Positions 16,962 to 26,200 of a stretch of 64,000 nt of DNA are shown here, piece by piece; position 1 is the stretch's first letter; each line of letters opens with the position of its first letter. The DNA comes from Synergistaceae bacterium UBA5827 (GTDB taxonomy: Bacteria; Synergistota; Synergistia; Synergistales; 79-D21): NCBI GenBank assembly GCA_002432945.1, contig DJHE01000012.1, positions 3,055-67,054 of the forward strand, given 5' to 3'. The notes under the pieces were generated by a model that made no database searches, was not told where the DNA came from, and saw only the letters and a program-made list of their open reading frames with translations. A program made the translations under genes and the position numbers.

Positions 16962-18209
16962 ATGTCGAGGATGAATCCGTACGAAATGTTCCTCAAGCAG
17001 GTGGACGAAGCCACACCGTACCTGAATGTCGAGCAGGAATTCATCGATATCCTCAAGGAACCCAAGGAAGTCCTGGAAATTTCCATCCCCTTGCGCCTGG
17101 AGGATGGGACCGTCAAGCTCGTAAAAGGATGGCGCAGCCATCACAACAATGCCCTGGGCCCCTACAAGGGGGGCGTCCGCTATCACCCGAATGTTTCCAA
17201 AGACGAAGTCATGGCCCTTTCGGCCTGGATGTCCATAAAGTGTGCCACTGCCATGCTTCCCTACGGTGGGGGCAAGGGCGGGATAAGGATTGCCCCCAGG
17301 GAGCTTTCCAAGGGGGAACTGGAGCGCGTAAGCCGGGCCTATGCCCTGGGGATTTCCCGTTTCATGGGGACGGATGTCGATATCCCAGCTCCCGATGTTT
17401 ATACGAACCCGCAGGTCATGTCATGGTTCCTTGATACCTACGAAAAAGTGAAAGGGTGGAGCGAACCTTCCTGTTACACCGGCAAGCCCATAGAACTCGG
17501 GGGTTCCCTGGGTCGAGGGGACGCTACGGCCCGCGGGGGGATGTACGTTCTTCGTGAAGCCCTCAAGGAAATGGGACTTCTCGGAAAGCCCCTGACGGCA
17601 ACCATACAGGGGTATGGGAATGCCGGCAGCTTCGCGCATGCCCTGTATGAAAGCATCGGTGTCACCGTTGTCGGGGCGTCGGACAGCAAGGGGGGCACCT
17701 ATAACCCGAAGGGCCTGAAGTACGAAGACCTCATGAAACACAAGAAAGTCAGCGGAACGGTAGCCGATTATCCTGGCGGTGAAAGGGTCACGACCGACGA
17801 ACTGCTTGAAAGAACGGTCGACATCCTCATCCCGGCCGCCCTGGAAGGCATCGTGAACGAGGCCAACGCCGGAAAGATCAGGGCCAAGATTGTGCTCGAA
17901 CTGGCCAATGGGCCTACGACCCCGGAGGCCGAGGCAATCCTGCACGAGATGGGCACGCTGGTCATTCCCGATGTTCTGGCCAATTCCGGCGGTGTCACCG
18001 TGAGCTGCTTCGAATGGATCCAGGGGCGGACCGGGGACTTCTGGAGCGAAAAGACCGTCCACGAAAAACTTGACGAGCGCCTCACCCATGCCTTCCACGA
18101 AATCTGGAAAATCAAGGCCCAGCATAATATCCGGATGCGCCAGGCCACGTACGTGCGGGCTATGGGGCGAATCATATCCGCGATGCGTTTCCGCGGAATT
18201 TGGCCCTGA
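16962..18209 (+). CDS. gdhA: Glutamate dehydrogenase (Glu/Leu/Phe/Val dehydrogenase family)
   Basis: KGGVRYHPNVSKDEVMALSAWMSIKCATAMLPYGGGKGGI contains the catalytic Lys region. The GYGNAGS dinucleotide fold is present. SD GAGGAGGAG. Confidence 0.95.
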   Translation: MSRMNPYEMFLKQVDEATPYLNVEQEFIDILKEPKEVLEISIPLRLEDGTVKLVKGWRSHHNNALGPYKGGVRYHPNVSKDEVMALSAWMSIKCATAMLPYGGGKGGIRIAPRELSKGELERVSRAYALGISRFMGTDVDIPAPDVYTNPQVMSWFLDTYEKVKGWSEPSCYTGKPIELGGSLGRGDATARGGMYVLREALKEMGLLGKPLTATIQGYGNAGSFAHALYESIGVTVVGASDSKGGTYNPKGLKYEDLMKHKKVSGTVADYPGGERVTTDELLERTVDILIPAALEGIVNEANAGKIRAKIVLELANGPTTPEAEAILHEMGTLVIPDVLANSGGVTVSCFEWIQGRTGDFWSEKTVHEKLDERLTHAFHEIWKIKAQHNIRMRQATYVRAMGRIISAMRFRGIWP

Positions 18210-18314
18210 TTCCGGGCTTCCTGGTTTAGGCGGAAACAAAGTCGCCCGGCTGCCCATAGAGTTTTGGATTAGCAAGTGAAGGAACTCGATGGTTCCAGGT
18301 TGATGGCAGGGTAA

Positions 18315-18947
18315 ATGGAAGATTTACGGGAACAGGTGCTTTGGAAAGTCAGGGCATCTCCTGGCCTTACGGATCGGGAAATTACAGACAGCCTTCTGGG
18401 GAAGGCAGCCCGGATACAGGCTGTCAACTGGGCGGCGCACTCTTTGGAAAGGAAGCGCCTACTGGAACGGCATCTACGCCCTGACGGGAAAATCGGCAAT
18501 TACGCTGTCGGGTTGGGAACAGGTCCCTTGCAGGAGAGGTGGCCCGAAGAGACGTCCATTGGTTCCAGCACACCTGTCGTGCAGATGTCGGAAGGCGAAG
18601 TGAAGAGAAAAATCAAGGAATGGCTTGAAAGGGAAGGTTGGTCTGTTGTCGTCAACTGGGGGCCCGATCGCGGCGCGGATATCGAGGCATGGCGCGGGAA
18701 CGAGCATTGGGTCATAGAAGCAAAGGGGAGCGGATCCCGTAACGAGATGAGAAGGAACCACTTCTTGTCGGTTCTCGGTGAAACCCTGCAACGAATGGAT
18801 GTTCCCCAGGCTCGTTATGGCATCGCTTTGCCGGATATGCGAAAATTCCGCAATTTGTGGGCCAAATTCCCGGCCTTGGCAAAATCGAGAACCGGGATTT
18901 CCGCTTTTTTCGTAGGAACTGACGGGAAAGTGGACCAGGAGAACTGA
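18315..18947 (+). CDS. Hypothetical protein: N-terminal winged-helix-like domain plus PD-(D/E)xK (Hjc/NucS-like) nuclease-fold core
   Basis: 210 aa. The core EVKRKIKEWLEREGWSVVVNWGPDRGADIEAWRGNEHWVIEAKGSG fits the D...E.K nuclease motif. The N-terminal 65 aa look like a wHTH. Confidence 0.55.
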   Translation: MEDLREQVLWKVRASPGLTDREITDSLLGKAARIQAVNWAAHSLERKRLLERHLRPDGKIGNYAVGLGTGPLQERWPEETSIGSSTPVVQMSEGEVKRKIKEWLEREGWSVVVNWGPDRGADIEAWRGNEHWVIEAKGSGSRNEMRRNHFLSVLGETLQRMDVPQARYGIALPDMRKFRNLWAKFPALAKSRTGISAFFVGTDGKVDQEN

Positions 18948-18965
18948 AAAATCAAGGTTCAACAA

Positions 18966-19004
18966 GGGATGAGGCACTCCACTGCATGTGGAGTGCCTCA
19001 TCCC
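18966..19004. terminator. Bidirectional hairpin between convergent genes
   Basis: Perfect 17-bp stem GGGATGAGGCACTCCAC/GTGGAGTGCCTCATCCC with loop TGCAT. Confidence 0.7.
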
Positions 19005-19018
19005 TCCTGTATTTGTCC

Positions 19019-19576
19019 CTAAACGGAAGGCATGAACGGTCGCACGAAAGGCGAGGTTTCCCCCTTGCGCATGAAGTGTCCCGATGGCCCTTCTCCCAGG
19101 AATTCAGAGAACCAGGACTCGTGCTCGATTTCCTCGTGGAGGATTGCCTGGGCCAGGGCGTACGTGCGATGATCCTTTCCCGCCGTGATGTTGCAGATAT
19201 GGCTGTAGCCCCTGACCGCGCAGCGCTCGGCTTCAACCAGCACTTCGAGGATGGCCTTGACATCCGTGGGATCCTCGGGAAGCCTGGCGGGCGGGCAAGC
19301 GGACATGTCGTGGAAGACTTTCATGTCGTCCGGCAGTTTGCCGCCAAGTTCGTAAATGCGGGGTACCAGGGCCTCGAAATGGTTTCTGTCCTCGATGCGC
19401 GCAGCCTCGGCAATTTCCTTGATGCCCTCGCCTTCCAGCCCGATCAGGTTTGCCCTCAGGACCGTGTAGTAGTAAAACGTCGTCAATTCCGCAGCCGCGT
19501 TGGCGATGAGCAAAGTCAGCAGCTGGTCCACATTAACGCCTGCCTTTTCCACCACTTCTCTTGAGACTTTTGCCAT
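19019..19576 (-). CDS. Ferritin-like (DPS-like/bacterioferritin-type) diiron protein
   Basis: ORF trimmed to ATG 19576, with a GGAG SD. Ferritin-like helices carry E...EDRNH and EEIEHE metal-ligand patterns. Confidence 0.75.
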   Translation of the reverse strand: MAKVSREVVEKAGVNVDQLLTLLIANAAAELTTFYYYTVLRANLIGLEGEGIKEIAEAARIEDRNHFEALVPRIYELGGKLPDDMKVFHDMSACPPARLPEDPTDVKAILEVLVEAERCAVRGYSHICNITAGKDHRTYALAQAILHEEIEHESWFSEFLGEGPSGHFMRKGETSPFVRPFMPSV

Positions 19577-19732
19577 TACTCTCCACCTTCCCTTCTTCTC
19601 TCTGGCCAAATGTCCTATGGCGTTTGCGTGCCCGATGTTTTGGCAACTGATTTAAACAAATACATATGCTTAGATACACCATAGAGTTGGGTAGAATATA
19701 CCACGGTGGGTTTAAATTGTAAAGGTTTTAAT

Positions 19733-20992
19733 TTAGGCGCCCTGCTTCGCCAGGGCGGCGTCGATCTGGTCGCCCAGTCGGTCGATCTTCTTCATGAGAT
19801 AGGTCGCTGACACCGCGCAAAGGCCGCCGCAAAGGAACAGGGACCACCCTGTCCCGGCGAGATCTCCCAGTTTCCCCGCAAGAAGGCTTCCGAACGGGGG
19901 AATTCCCAGGATCGCGAAGGTATAGAGTGCCATGATGCGACTCCTGTTCTCCCTTGGGACCATCGTCTGGAGCAGCGTGTTGCAGCTTATCGTGCTTGTG
20001 ACCATGCAAAATCCGACGGGAGCCGCAAGGGCGATGCCGAAGGAAATGCTGCGCGACAGGGAAAAGAGCAGGACCGAGATCCCGAACCCGATGCAGGCCC
20101 TCGTGCACCACCAGCTGAGCCTTGCCGCGGATTTTAGCGAAGCCATGAGAAGGGAACCACAAAGGGCCCCAATGGCCACGCCCATCAGCAGGAAGCCGAG
20201 AGTCTCCGAAGTGCCGCCGAGGACGCTTTTCGCCATCGCGGGCATCAGGACGAGGCTCGGGAAGGCAAAAAAGCCGGTCAGCGCGATCAGGATGAGGAAA
20301 TAACGGGCAGGGGCAAAGTCACGTGCCATCCGGATCCCCTCGATCATGTCCGCCAGTGGCTGGTTCTTTCCTACGGAGGTTTTCCCGACCGGGGGGTGTT
20401 CCATCTTCATGATCCTGACCGCGTAGAGTGTCGAGGAGTAGGCCAGGCCGTTCACCAGGAAGCAGACCCCCTCGCCGACGAGGTGTATCACGAACCCGGC
20501 CACGGTCGGCCCGATCATGCGGGCTACGTTGAAAACGGTTGAATTCAATGCAACAGCATTGGGAACGTCTTCCTTCCGGTCGACCATGTAGGAAACAAGG
20601 GCGTATCGGCAGGGGAGCTCGAAGGAATCGACCAGGCCAAGAAAGAGGGCCATGAAGGCGACGATGTGGAAGGTCACGACGCCTGTAAGCGTCAGGACAG
20701 CCAGTAGGAAAGCGATGGCCATGCAGATGGCCTGGCACCGGAAAAGAGTCTTGCGCAGGTCCCAGCGCTCTATCAGGGCTCCGGCAAAAGGCGAGAGGAG
20801 GAAGATGGGGATCGAGGCGGCAAAATCCATGATTCCCAAAGCGCTGTTGGAGCCGGTCAGCCTGAAGACAAGCCAGCCCATCGCAACCCGGTGCATCCAC
20901 AGGCCGGATAGGGAGATCGATTGGGCCGTGAAAAACAGCCTGTAATTCCTGCTTCGCAGGGCACGCAGTGTTTCCGGAAATTCCAGGGACAA
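19733..20992 (-). CDS. MFS transporter
   Basis: 419 aa with about 12 TM helices. N-terminal LRSRNYRLFFTAQSISLSGLWM typical of the EntS/MFS_3-like subgroup. TTG start follows AAAGGAG. Confidence 0.85.
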   Translation of the reverse strand: MSLEFPETLRALRSRNYRLFFTAQSISLSGLWMHRVAMGWLVFRLTGSNSALGIMDFAASIPIFLLSPFAGALIERWDLRKTLFRCQAICMAIAFLLAVLTLTGVVTFHIVAFMALFLGLVDSFELPCRYALVSYMVDRKEDVPNAVALNSTVFNVARMIGPTVAGFVIHLVGEGVCFLVNGLAYSSTLYAVRIMKMEHPPVGKTSVGKNQPLADMIEGIRMARDFAPARYFLILIALTGFFAFPSLVLMPAMAKSVLGGTSETLGFLLMGVAIGALCGSLLMASLKSAARLSWWCTRACIGFGISVLLFSLSRSISFGIALAAPVGFCMVTSTISCNTLLQTMVPRENRSRIMALYTFAILGIPPFGSLLAGKLGDLAGTGWSLFLCGGLCAVSATYLMKKIDRLGDQIDAALAKQGA

Positions 20993-21379
20993 AAACAGGA
21001 CTCCTTTGGGGCTGGAGATAGGCGACTAACAGCCGAGTCCTATCATTTTGTGCCAGGGAGACGGTGAATGCAACCGCGATAATCACCCTGCCGCAGGAGG
21101 CGTTTAATCCAAGTTAGTTAAATCACAAATGCGTCGTTTCATCCCTTCACTTGCACGATTAAACCGGATGTGATAGAGTCTCTCCAACCTCAAATCTGTA
21201 CCACCACCTCCTGATGGGCTCCGGCCTGACCACCCGGGGCCTTTCGCATGCCGTAAACCCCACTCGTTATCAGCGTCTTGAAATCATTCTAGCGTTACAG
21301 GATACTGGATAAGCTTGATCTCCTGCTGGATTTGGAAACCCCCGAGAAGGGGCAAACGCACGATTGGGGAGGCGTAAGA

Positions 21380-22315
21380 ATGGGCGAGGAAAGAACGGTA
21401 CGCGTTGCAGTTGTCCAGGCGGCACCCGCCATTTTTGACCGGGAAAAGACGATGGAAAAGGCACTCGCGCTAATCTCGGAAGCGGCCGAAAAGGGCGCGA
21501 ACCTGGTCGTTTTCCCGGAGGCTTTCATCCCCTGTTATCCTCGCGGATTGAGCTTTGGCTTTGCCATGGGATCCCGGACGATGGAGGGAAGGAAGGATTT
21601 CCAGCGTTTCTACGATAACTGTGTTGCGGTTCCGGGGCCCGACGTTGATCGCCTGGCAAATTCCGCGGGGGAGAACAAGGTTTACCTTGCGATGGGCGTC
21701 AATGAGAAGAACGGCAACGGCCTGGATGGCACGATCCATTGCTGTGTCCTTTTCTTCGGTCCGGACGGCAGTTTTCTTGGACGGCACAGGAAGCTGAAGC
21801 CCACGGGCTCCGAGCGGACCATCTGGGGTGAGGACGACGGCAGTACCCTGACGGTGGTGGATACGGCCTACGGCAAGATGGGCGCATTGATTTGCTGGGA
21901 AAACTACATGCCCCTCGCCCGCACGGCGCTGTACCAGAAGGGGGTCCAGCTCTATCTTGCACCGACAGCCGACCAGAGGGACGAATACCAGTGTACGCTC
22001 CGGCATATCGCCATCGAGGGCAGGTGTTTCGTTATCGCCTGCAACCAGTACGTGGAGAGAAGCATGTACCCGAAGGACCTGAACGGTTACAAGGAACTGG
22101 AATCCCAGCCTGACGTGATGTGCCGAGGAGGAAGCTGCGTGATCAACCCGTTTGGCCAATACGTGGCGGGTCCAAGCTTCGGCGGAGAGGAAATCCTGCT
22201 GGCTGACCTCGACCTGGATGAGATCTCCCGCGGGAAGGCCGACCTGGATGTTGTCGGACACTACGCACGTCCCGACATCTTCGAACTGGTTCTTCACGAG
22301 AGGAAATCAAGCTGA
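21380..22315 (+). CDS. Nitrilase / carbon-nitrogen hydrolase family protein
   Basis: ATG 21380 follows GGGGAGG. The motifs VVFPEAF, RHRKLKPT and the catalytic-Cys context LICWENYMPLAR are present. Confidence 0.9.
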   Translation: MGEERTVRVAVVQAAPAIFDREKTMEKALALISEAAEKGANLVVFPEAFIPCYPRGLSFGFAMGSRTMEGRKDFQRFYDNCVAVPGPDVDRLANSAGENKVYLAMGVNEKNGNGLDGTIHCCVLFFGPDGSFLGRHRKLKPTGSERTIWGEDDGSTLTVVDTAYGKMGALICWENYMPLARTALYQKGVQLYLAPTADQRDEYQCTLRHIAIEGRCFVIACNQYVERSMYPKDLNGYKELESQPDVMCRGGSCVINPFGQYVAGPSFGGEEILLADLDLDEISRGKADLDVVGHYARPDIFELVLHERKSS

Positions 22316-22324
22316 TCTCAAGAG

Positions 22325-22371
22325 ACAAAGCAAAAGGCCCCGGCAATTCAAGCCGGGGCCTTTTGCTTTGT
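22325..22371. terminator. Bidirectional terminator
   Basis: 20-bp perfect stem ACAAAGCAAAAGGCCCCGGC/GCCGGGGCCTTTTGCTTTGT with loop aattcaa. Confidence 0.8.
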
Positions 22372-23054
22372 CAGTCTGTGAATCGGCCCTGCTCGGCCAG
22401 GTTTTCCAGGCCTTGACGGTTGAGCAGCAGAACTTCGCCTCGGCTGTTACGGATGAAGCCCCGCGAAGACAAGTCTGAAAAAATTCGGGATAAAGTTTCC
22501 GGTGTCGTGCCCAGCATGCTGGCAAGCTGGGATTTCGAGGAACCCAGGACAAGGCGTTCTGCCCCCTCCTGTTTTTCCGAGAGGTAAAGAAGATAACTGG
22601 CCAGGCGGCCTGGGACTTCCTTCAGGGCCAGGCTTTCAACCTGGGCTGTCAATTCCCTCAGGCGCATGGAGAGGACCGAGAGCATGCTCAAGGCAACGGA
22701 AGGTTCGCTGCCGATGAGGTTGACAAAGGCTTGCCGGGGGAAGAAAAGAAGATCGCTATCGACCAGGGTTTCGGCTCCGGCCGGGAAGGTTTTTCCTGCG
22801 TAGACGGCCACTTGCCCGAAATGGTCACCCGCCCTGCAGATGTGGAGGATGGCTTCCTTGCCGTCCGGCGAAACCTTGAAGATTTTGACCCCCCCCTTAA
22901 CGACAACGTAGAAACCGTTGCCTTCTTCTTCCTCGACAAAAACGGTTTCTCCCTTTTTGAACCCCCTGAGGACTGATATGGCTTCGATTTTTCCCAAGTC
23001 TTCCTCTGAGAGGCCATTGAAACCGGGTACCTGGGCAATGAACTTTTTCGTCAT
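22371..23054 (-). CDS. Crp/Fnr family transcriptional regulator (HcpR-like by context)
   Basis: ORF trimmed to ATG 23054, with an AGGGAGG SD. A cNMP-binding-like beta-barrel is followed by the C-terminal HTH SQLASMLGTTPETLSRIFSDL. It is divergent from the cupin-hcp operon. Confidence 0.9.
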   Translation of the reverse strand: MTKKFIAQVPGFNGLSEEDLGKIEAISVLRGFKKGETVFVEEEEGNGFYVVVKGGVKIFKVSPDGKEAILHICRAGDHFGQVAVYAGKTFPAGAETLVDSDLLFFPRQAFVNLIGSEPSVALSMLSVLSMRLRELTAQVESLALKEVPGRLASYLLYLSEKQEGAERLVLGSSKSQLASMLGTTPETLSRIFSDLSSRGFIRNSRGEVLLLNRQGLENLAEQGRFTD

Positions 23055-23093
23055 CCTGTTTTTCCTCCCTGTGGAAAAAAGGTACCCGAGTTC

Positions 23094-23107
23094 TTGATTT
23101 AGATCAA
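23094..23107. promoter_or_regulatory. Perfect FNR/CRP-type palindrome TTGAT-N4-ATCAA
   Basis: TTGATttagATCCAA-type half-sites read TTGAT (23094-23098), ttag, ATCAA (23103-23107) in the divergent intergenic region. A -10-like TATCAT at 23130-23135 puts the box centre about 41.5 nt upstream of the predicted start. Confidence 0.6.
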
Positions 23108-23161
23108 GGGAAAAATCCCCCTTCCCGGATATCATAAACAATAAAGCGAGGAGGGAATGAC

Positions 23162-23500
23162 ATGAAGGTCGTCAATGCAATGGAAGCGGACGGAATGCAG
23201 ACACCCCATGGAGTCAAGGTGGCCAGGATATACGACACGGAACACGCACAGGCGGTCCACATTACCCTGGAACCGGGAGAGTCGCTAAAAAGGCATATTA
23301 CCCCGGTGGACGTATTCTTTTACGTCCTGGAAGGTGCCGGTGTCGTCGAGATCGGCAGTGAGCGGCTGGAAGTCACTAGGGACATGCTTGTCGAAAGCCC
23401 GAAGGACATCCCGCATTCCTGGGCAAACGAGAGCGGGAGTACGTTCCGGGTCCTGGTGGTGAAAGTCCCCCGCCCCGCAACCTCTACAAAAGTCTTATAA
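23162..23500 (+). CDS. Cupin domain-containing protein
   Basis: 112 aa. The pattern is that of a small single-domain cupin (HITLEPGESLKRHITPVDVFFYVLEG...IPHSWANES). SD GAGGAGGG. Confidence 0.8.
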   Translation: MKVVNAMEADGMQTPHGVKVARIYDTEHAQAVHITLEPGESLKRHITPVDVFFYVLEGAGVVEIGSERLEVTRDMLVESPKDIPHSWANESGSTFRVLVVKVPRPATSTKVL

Positions 23501-23553
23501 TAAAGAAATAAAGCAACCTCAAATTAGATAACTGACTGAAGGAGGAAGATCGA

Positions 23554-25218
23554 ATGTTTTGTTTCCAGTGCCAGGAATGTGCGCAAAACAAGGGATGCAC
23601 GATAAAGGGGGTCTGCGGCAAGCCTGAAGTGACGGCAAACCTGCAGGACCTGCTGATTCACGCGCTCAAGGGAATTGCCGTCTGGTCGGAGAAGGCGGTT
23701 GAACTGGGTGTTTCCGACAAGGCAGACGGGCTTTTCGTCGCCCAGGGACTCTTTACCACTATCACCAACGCAAACTGGGATGATGAGCGTTTCGTCGGTC
23801 TTATCCGCGAGGCCTTGGGACGCCGCGAGGCGATCCGAGGGCGTGTCCTCGCCGCATACCAGGCAAAGACCGGCAAGGCATTTGGTGAACCGATGCCCGA
23901 TGCCGCCACCTGGATGGCGACGGACGAGGCGGAATTCCACGAGAAGGCCCGCTCCGTCGGGGTGCTGGCAACGGAGAACGAGGATGTCCGTTCCCTTCGT
24001 GAACTGCTCGTCATCGGCCTGAAGGGTATCGCGGCTTACGCCGATCATGCCGCGGTGCTCGGCTATGAGGACGAAGCCATTTACAACTTCTTCATGGAGG
24101 CGCTGGCGTCGACGACGAAGGACCTGACGGTCGACGAGATGGTCGGAATGGTTATGAAAGCCGGGGAAAAGGCTGTCGAAACCATGGCTCTCCTGGACAA
24201 GGCCAACACATCCACGTACGGCAACCCCGAAATCACGGAAGTGAACATCGGCGTTCGCGGCAATCCGGGCATCCTGATCAGCGGCCATGACCTCCGCGAC
24301 ATGGAAGAACTCCTCAAGCAGACGGAGGGAACCGGCGTGGATGTCTACACGCACAGCGAAATGCTGCCGGCCAATTACTACCCGGCGTTCAAGAAGTACG
24401 GCCATTTCGTCGGGAACTATGGGAACGCCTGGTGGAAGCAGAACGAGGAGTTCGAGTCCTTCAACGGGCCGATCCTGATGACCACGAACTGCCTCGTTCC
24501 CCTGAAAAAGGACAACACCTATCTCGGACGGCTTTTCACCACGGGCATGGCGGGATACCCGGGCGCGGTCCATATCCCCGACAGGCAGGACGGCAAGCCC
24601 AAGGATTTCTCGACGGTCATCGAAATGGCGAAGTCCTGCAAGCCGCCGGTCGAGATCGAGACGGGGCACATCGTCGGCGGTTTCGCCCACAACCAGGTCC
24701 TGGCCCTTGCGGACAAGGTCGTGGATGCCGTCAAAAGCGGTGCCATCAAGCGTTTTGTCGTCATGGCAGGCTGCGATGGCCGCCACAAGAGCCGCGAGTA
24801 TTTCACCGAGGTGGCGAAGGCCCTGCCTAAGGACACCATCATCCTTACAGCCGGCTGCGCCAAGTATCGCTACAACAAGCTGGCCCTTGGCGATATAGGC
24901 GGGATTCCACATGTGCTCGACGCCGGGCAGTGCAACGATTCCTATTCCCTTGCGGTGATTGCCCTCAAGCTCAAGGAAGTCTTCGGGCTCAGCGACATCA
25001 ACGAACTGCCCCTGTCTTTCGACATCGCCTGGTACGAGCAGAAGGCTGTCGCTGTCCTGCTGGCCCTGCTGCACCTGGGAGTGAAGGGAATCCGGCTTGG
25101 CCCGACCCTTCCCGCCTTTGTTTCGCCGAACGTCCTGAAAGTGCTCGTGGACAACTTCGACATCAAGGCCACCAGCGAGGTGGAAGCGGATGTCGAGGCG
25201 ATGATGGCGGGCAGGTAG
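23554..25218 (+). CDS. hcp: Hydroxylamine reductase / hybrid cluster protein
   Basis: The N-terminus [23 protein letters not shown] is the Hcp Cys cluster. The 554-aa length and GHDL, NCL and MAGCDG blocks fit Hcp. Confidence 0.95.
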   Translation: MFCFQCQECAQNKGCTIKGVCGKPEVTANLQDLLIHALKGIAVWSEKAVELGVSDKADGLFVAQGLFTTITNANWDDERFVGLIREALGRREAIRGRVLAAYQAKTGKAFGEPMPDAATWMATDEAEFHEKARSVGVLATENEDVRSLRELLVIGLKGIAAYADHAAVLGYEDEAIYNFFMEALASTTKDLTVDEMVGMVMKAGEKAVETMALLDKANTSTYGNPEITEVNIGVRGNPGILISGHDLRDMEELLKQTEGTGVDVYTHSEMLPANYYPAFKKYGHFVGNYGNAWWKQNEEFESFNGPILMTTNCLVPLKKDNTYLGRLFTTGMAGYPGAVHIPDRQDGKPKDFSTVIEMAKSCKPPVEIETGHIVGGFAHNQVLALADKVVDAVKSGAIKRFVVMAGCDGRHKSREYFTEVAKALPKDTIILTAGCAKYRYNKLALGDIGGIPHVLDAGQCNDSYSLAVIALKLKEVFGLSDINELPLSFDIAWYEQKAVAVLLALLHLGVKGIRLGPTLPAFVSPNVLKVLVDNFDIKATSEVEADVEAMMAGR

Positions 25219-25246
25219 GCTTTCGCCGGCAGAAAAGAGAGGAAGA

Positions 25247-25288
25247 AGAGCCTCCCGGTTTTGAAAACCGGGGGGCTCTTTGTGTTTT
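25247..25288 (+). terminator. Rho-independent terminator of hcp
   Basis: AGAGCCTCCCGGTTTT pairs with AAAACCGGGGGGCTCT (one G-T pair), followed by tttgtgtttt. Confidence 0.7.
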
Positions 25289-25373
25289 AAAAGGTGAAAC
25301 TGGGCCCGCGGAAGCCTCGAAAGGTTAAAATAATCAGGTACTGAAGGAAAAAATGGAGAAGGAGGAGTCCAAA

Positions 25374-25574
25374 ATGCCGATCGTTCGTGTCCAAATGTGG
25401 TCCGGGAGAAGCGATGAATGCAAGGTGAACCTTGCAAAGGCAATCACGGATGTCGTGGTCGAACAGCTTGGGTGCCCCCTGCAGGCGGTCACGGTGGTGG
25501 TGGAGGAGTCCCCAAAGGAGAATTGGGTCATAGGAGGGCAACCCTGCTCCGGGTCTCCCGCTGGGAAGAAATAG
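25374..25574 (+). CDS. 4-oxalocrotonate tautomerase family protein
   Basis: ATG 25374 follows AGGAGGAG and gives MPIVRVQMW... with Pro at position 2, as the family requires. 66 aa. Confidence 0.8.
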   Translation: MPIVRVQMWSGRSDECKVNLAKAITDVVVEQLGCPLQAVTVVVEESPKENWVIGGQPCSGSPAGKK

Positions 25575-25600
25575 ATTTCGGCAGGAAAGGAGTTGCCGTC

Positions 25601-26119
25601 ATGCTGGAAGTGTTGAGGAAGAGGAGGAGCATCCGGAAGTACCAGGAGACCGCCCTGAAGCCCGAAGAGGTGGAAACCCTGAAGGAAATGCTCCTGCGTT
25701 CGCCTTCCGCCCACAACTACAAGTCTTGGGAATTCATTTTTGTCGACGACCGAGACCTGCTTAAGCAGCTTTCCGCGGTTCGCGCCGGCAGCTCGGCTTT
25801 CCTGGCCGGAGCGAGCCTGGGAATTGTCGTCATGGGGAACGAAAACACCCAGGACGTCTGGGTAGAGGACGCTTCAGTCGCTTCCATGGTCGGGCAGATC
25901 GCCGCTGCGGCCATGGGGATCGGGTCCTGCTGGATCCAGATCCGCAATAGGGACCATGCACCAGGGGTAACGGCCGAGGACTACGTTCGAAAACTTTTGG
26001 ACATCCCGGCCCCTTTCAGGGTCCTTGCCATACTCGGGATGGGGTATCCAGCCGAGGAAAAGGCCGAGGTCCCCATCGTAAAACTCCCATTCGAAAAAAT
26101 CCATAGTAACCGGTTCTGA
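25601..26119 (+). CDS. Nitroreductase family protein
   Basis: ORF 25418..26119 trimmed to ATG 25601. MLEVLRKRRSIRKYQ is the canonical nitroreductase N-terminus. Confidence 0.85.
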   Translation: MLEVLRKRRSIRKYQETALKPEEVETLKEMLLRSPSAHNYKSWEFIFVDDRDLLKQLSAVRAGSSAFLAGASLGIVVMGNENTQDVWVEDASVASMVGQIAAAAMGIGSCWIQIRNRDHAPGVTAEDYVRKLLDIPAPFRVLAILGMGYPAEEKAEVPIVKLPFEKIHSNRF

Positions 26120-26136
26120 TTCTGCCATTCGAGTCG

Positions 26137-26179
26137 AAAAAGGAGATCCCCAATCGGACGATTGGGGATCTCCTTTTTC
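26137..26179. terminator. Bidirectional terminator
   Basis: 16-nt arms AGGAGATCCCCAATCG/CGATTGGGGATCTCCT are flanked by AAAA and TTTTT. Confidence 0.8.
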
Positions 26180-26200
26180 AGGATAAACAGGGTCGCCAGT

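Noticed and set aside
20993-21379. 387-bp gap between the MFS transporter and nitrilase genes, examined for a tRNA, riboswitch or sigma54 promoter.
   Set aside because: No cloverleaf-compatible arms are visible and no conserved riboswitch core that I recognise is present. TGGCAC is not followed by TTGC at the correct spacing. It is probably ordinary divergent promoter and leader DNA.
23524-25443. 639-aa ORF antisense to hcp. Similar long antisense or out-of-frame ORFs occur elsewhere: 13127..14020, 17421..18275, 46448..47656, 53425..54699, 55136..56137, 57121..57831, 62982..63785, 40036..40821 and 31351..32115.
   Set aside because: Each lies opposite or out of frame to a gene with clear family motifs and an SD. 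Their translations are Arg/Gly/Pro-rich low-complexity sequence with no recognisable motifs. Long spurious ORFs are expected in G/C-rich DNA.
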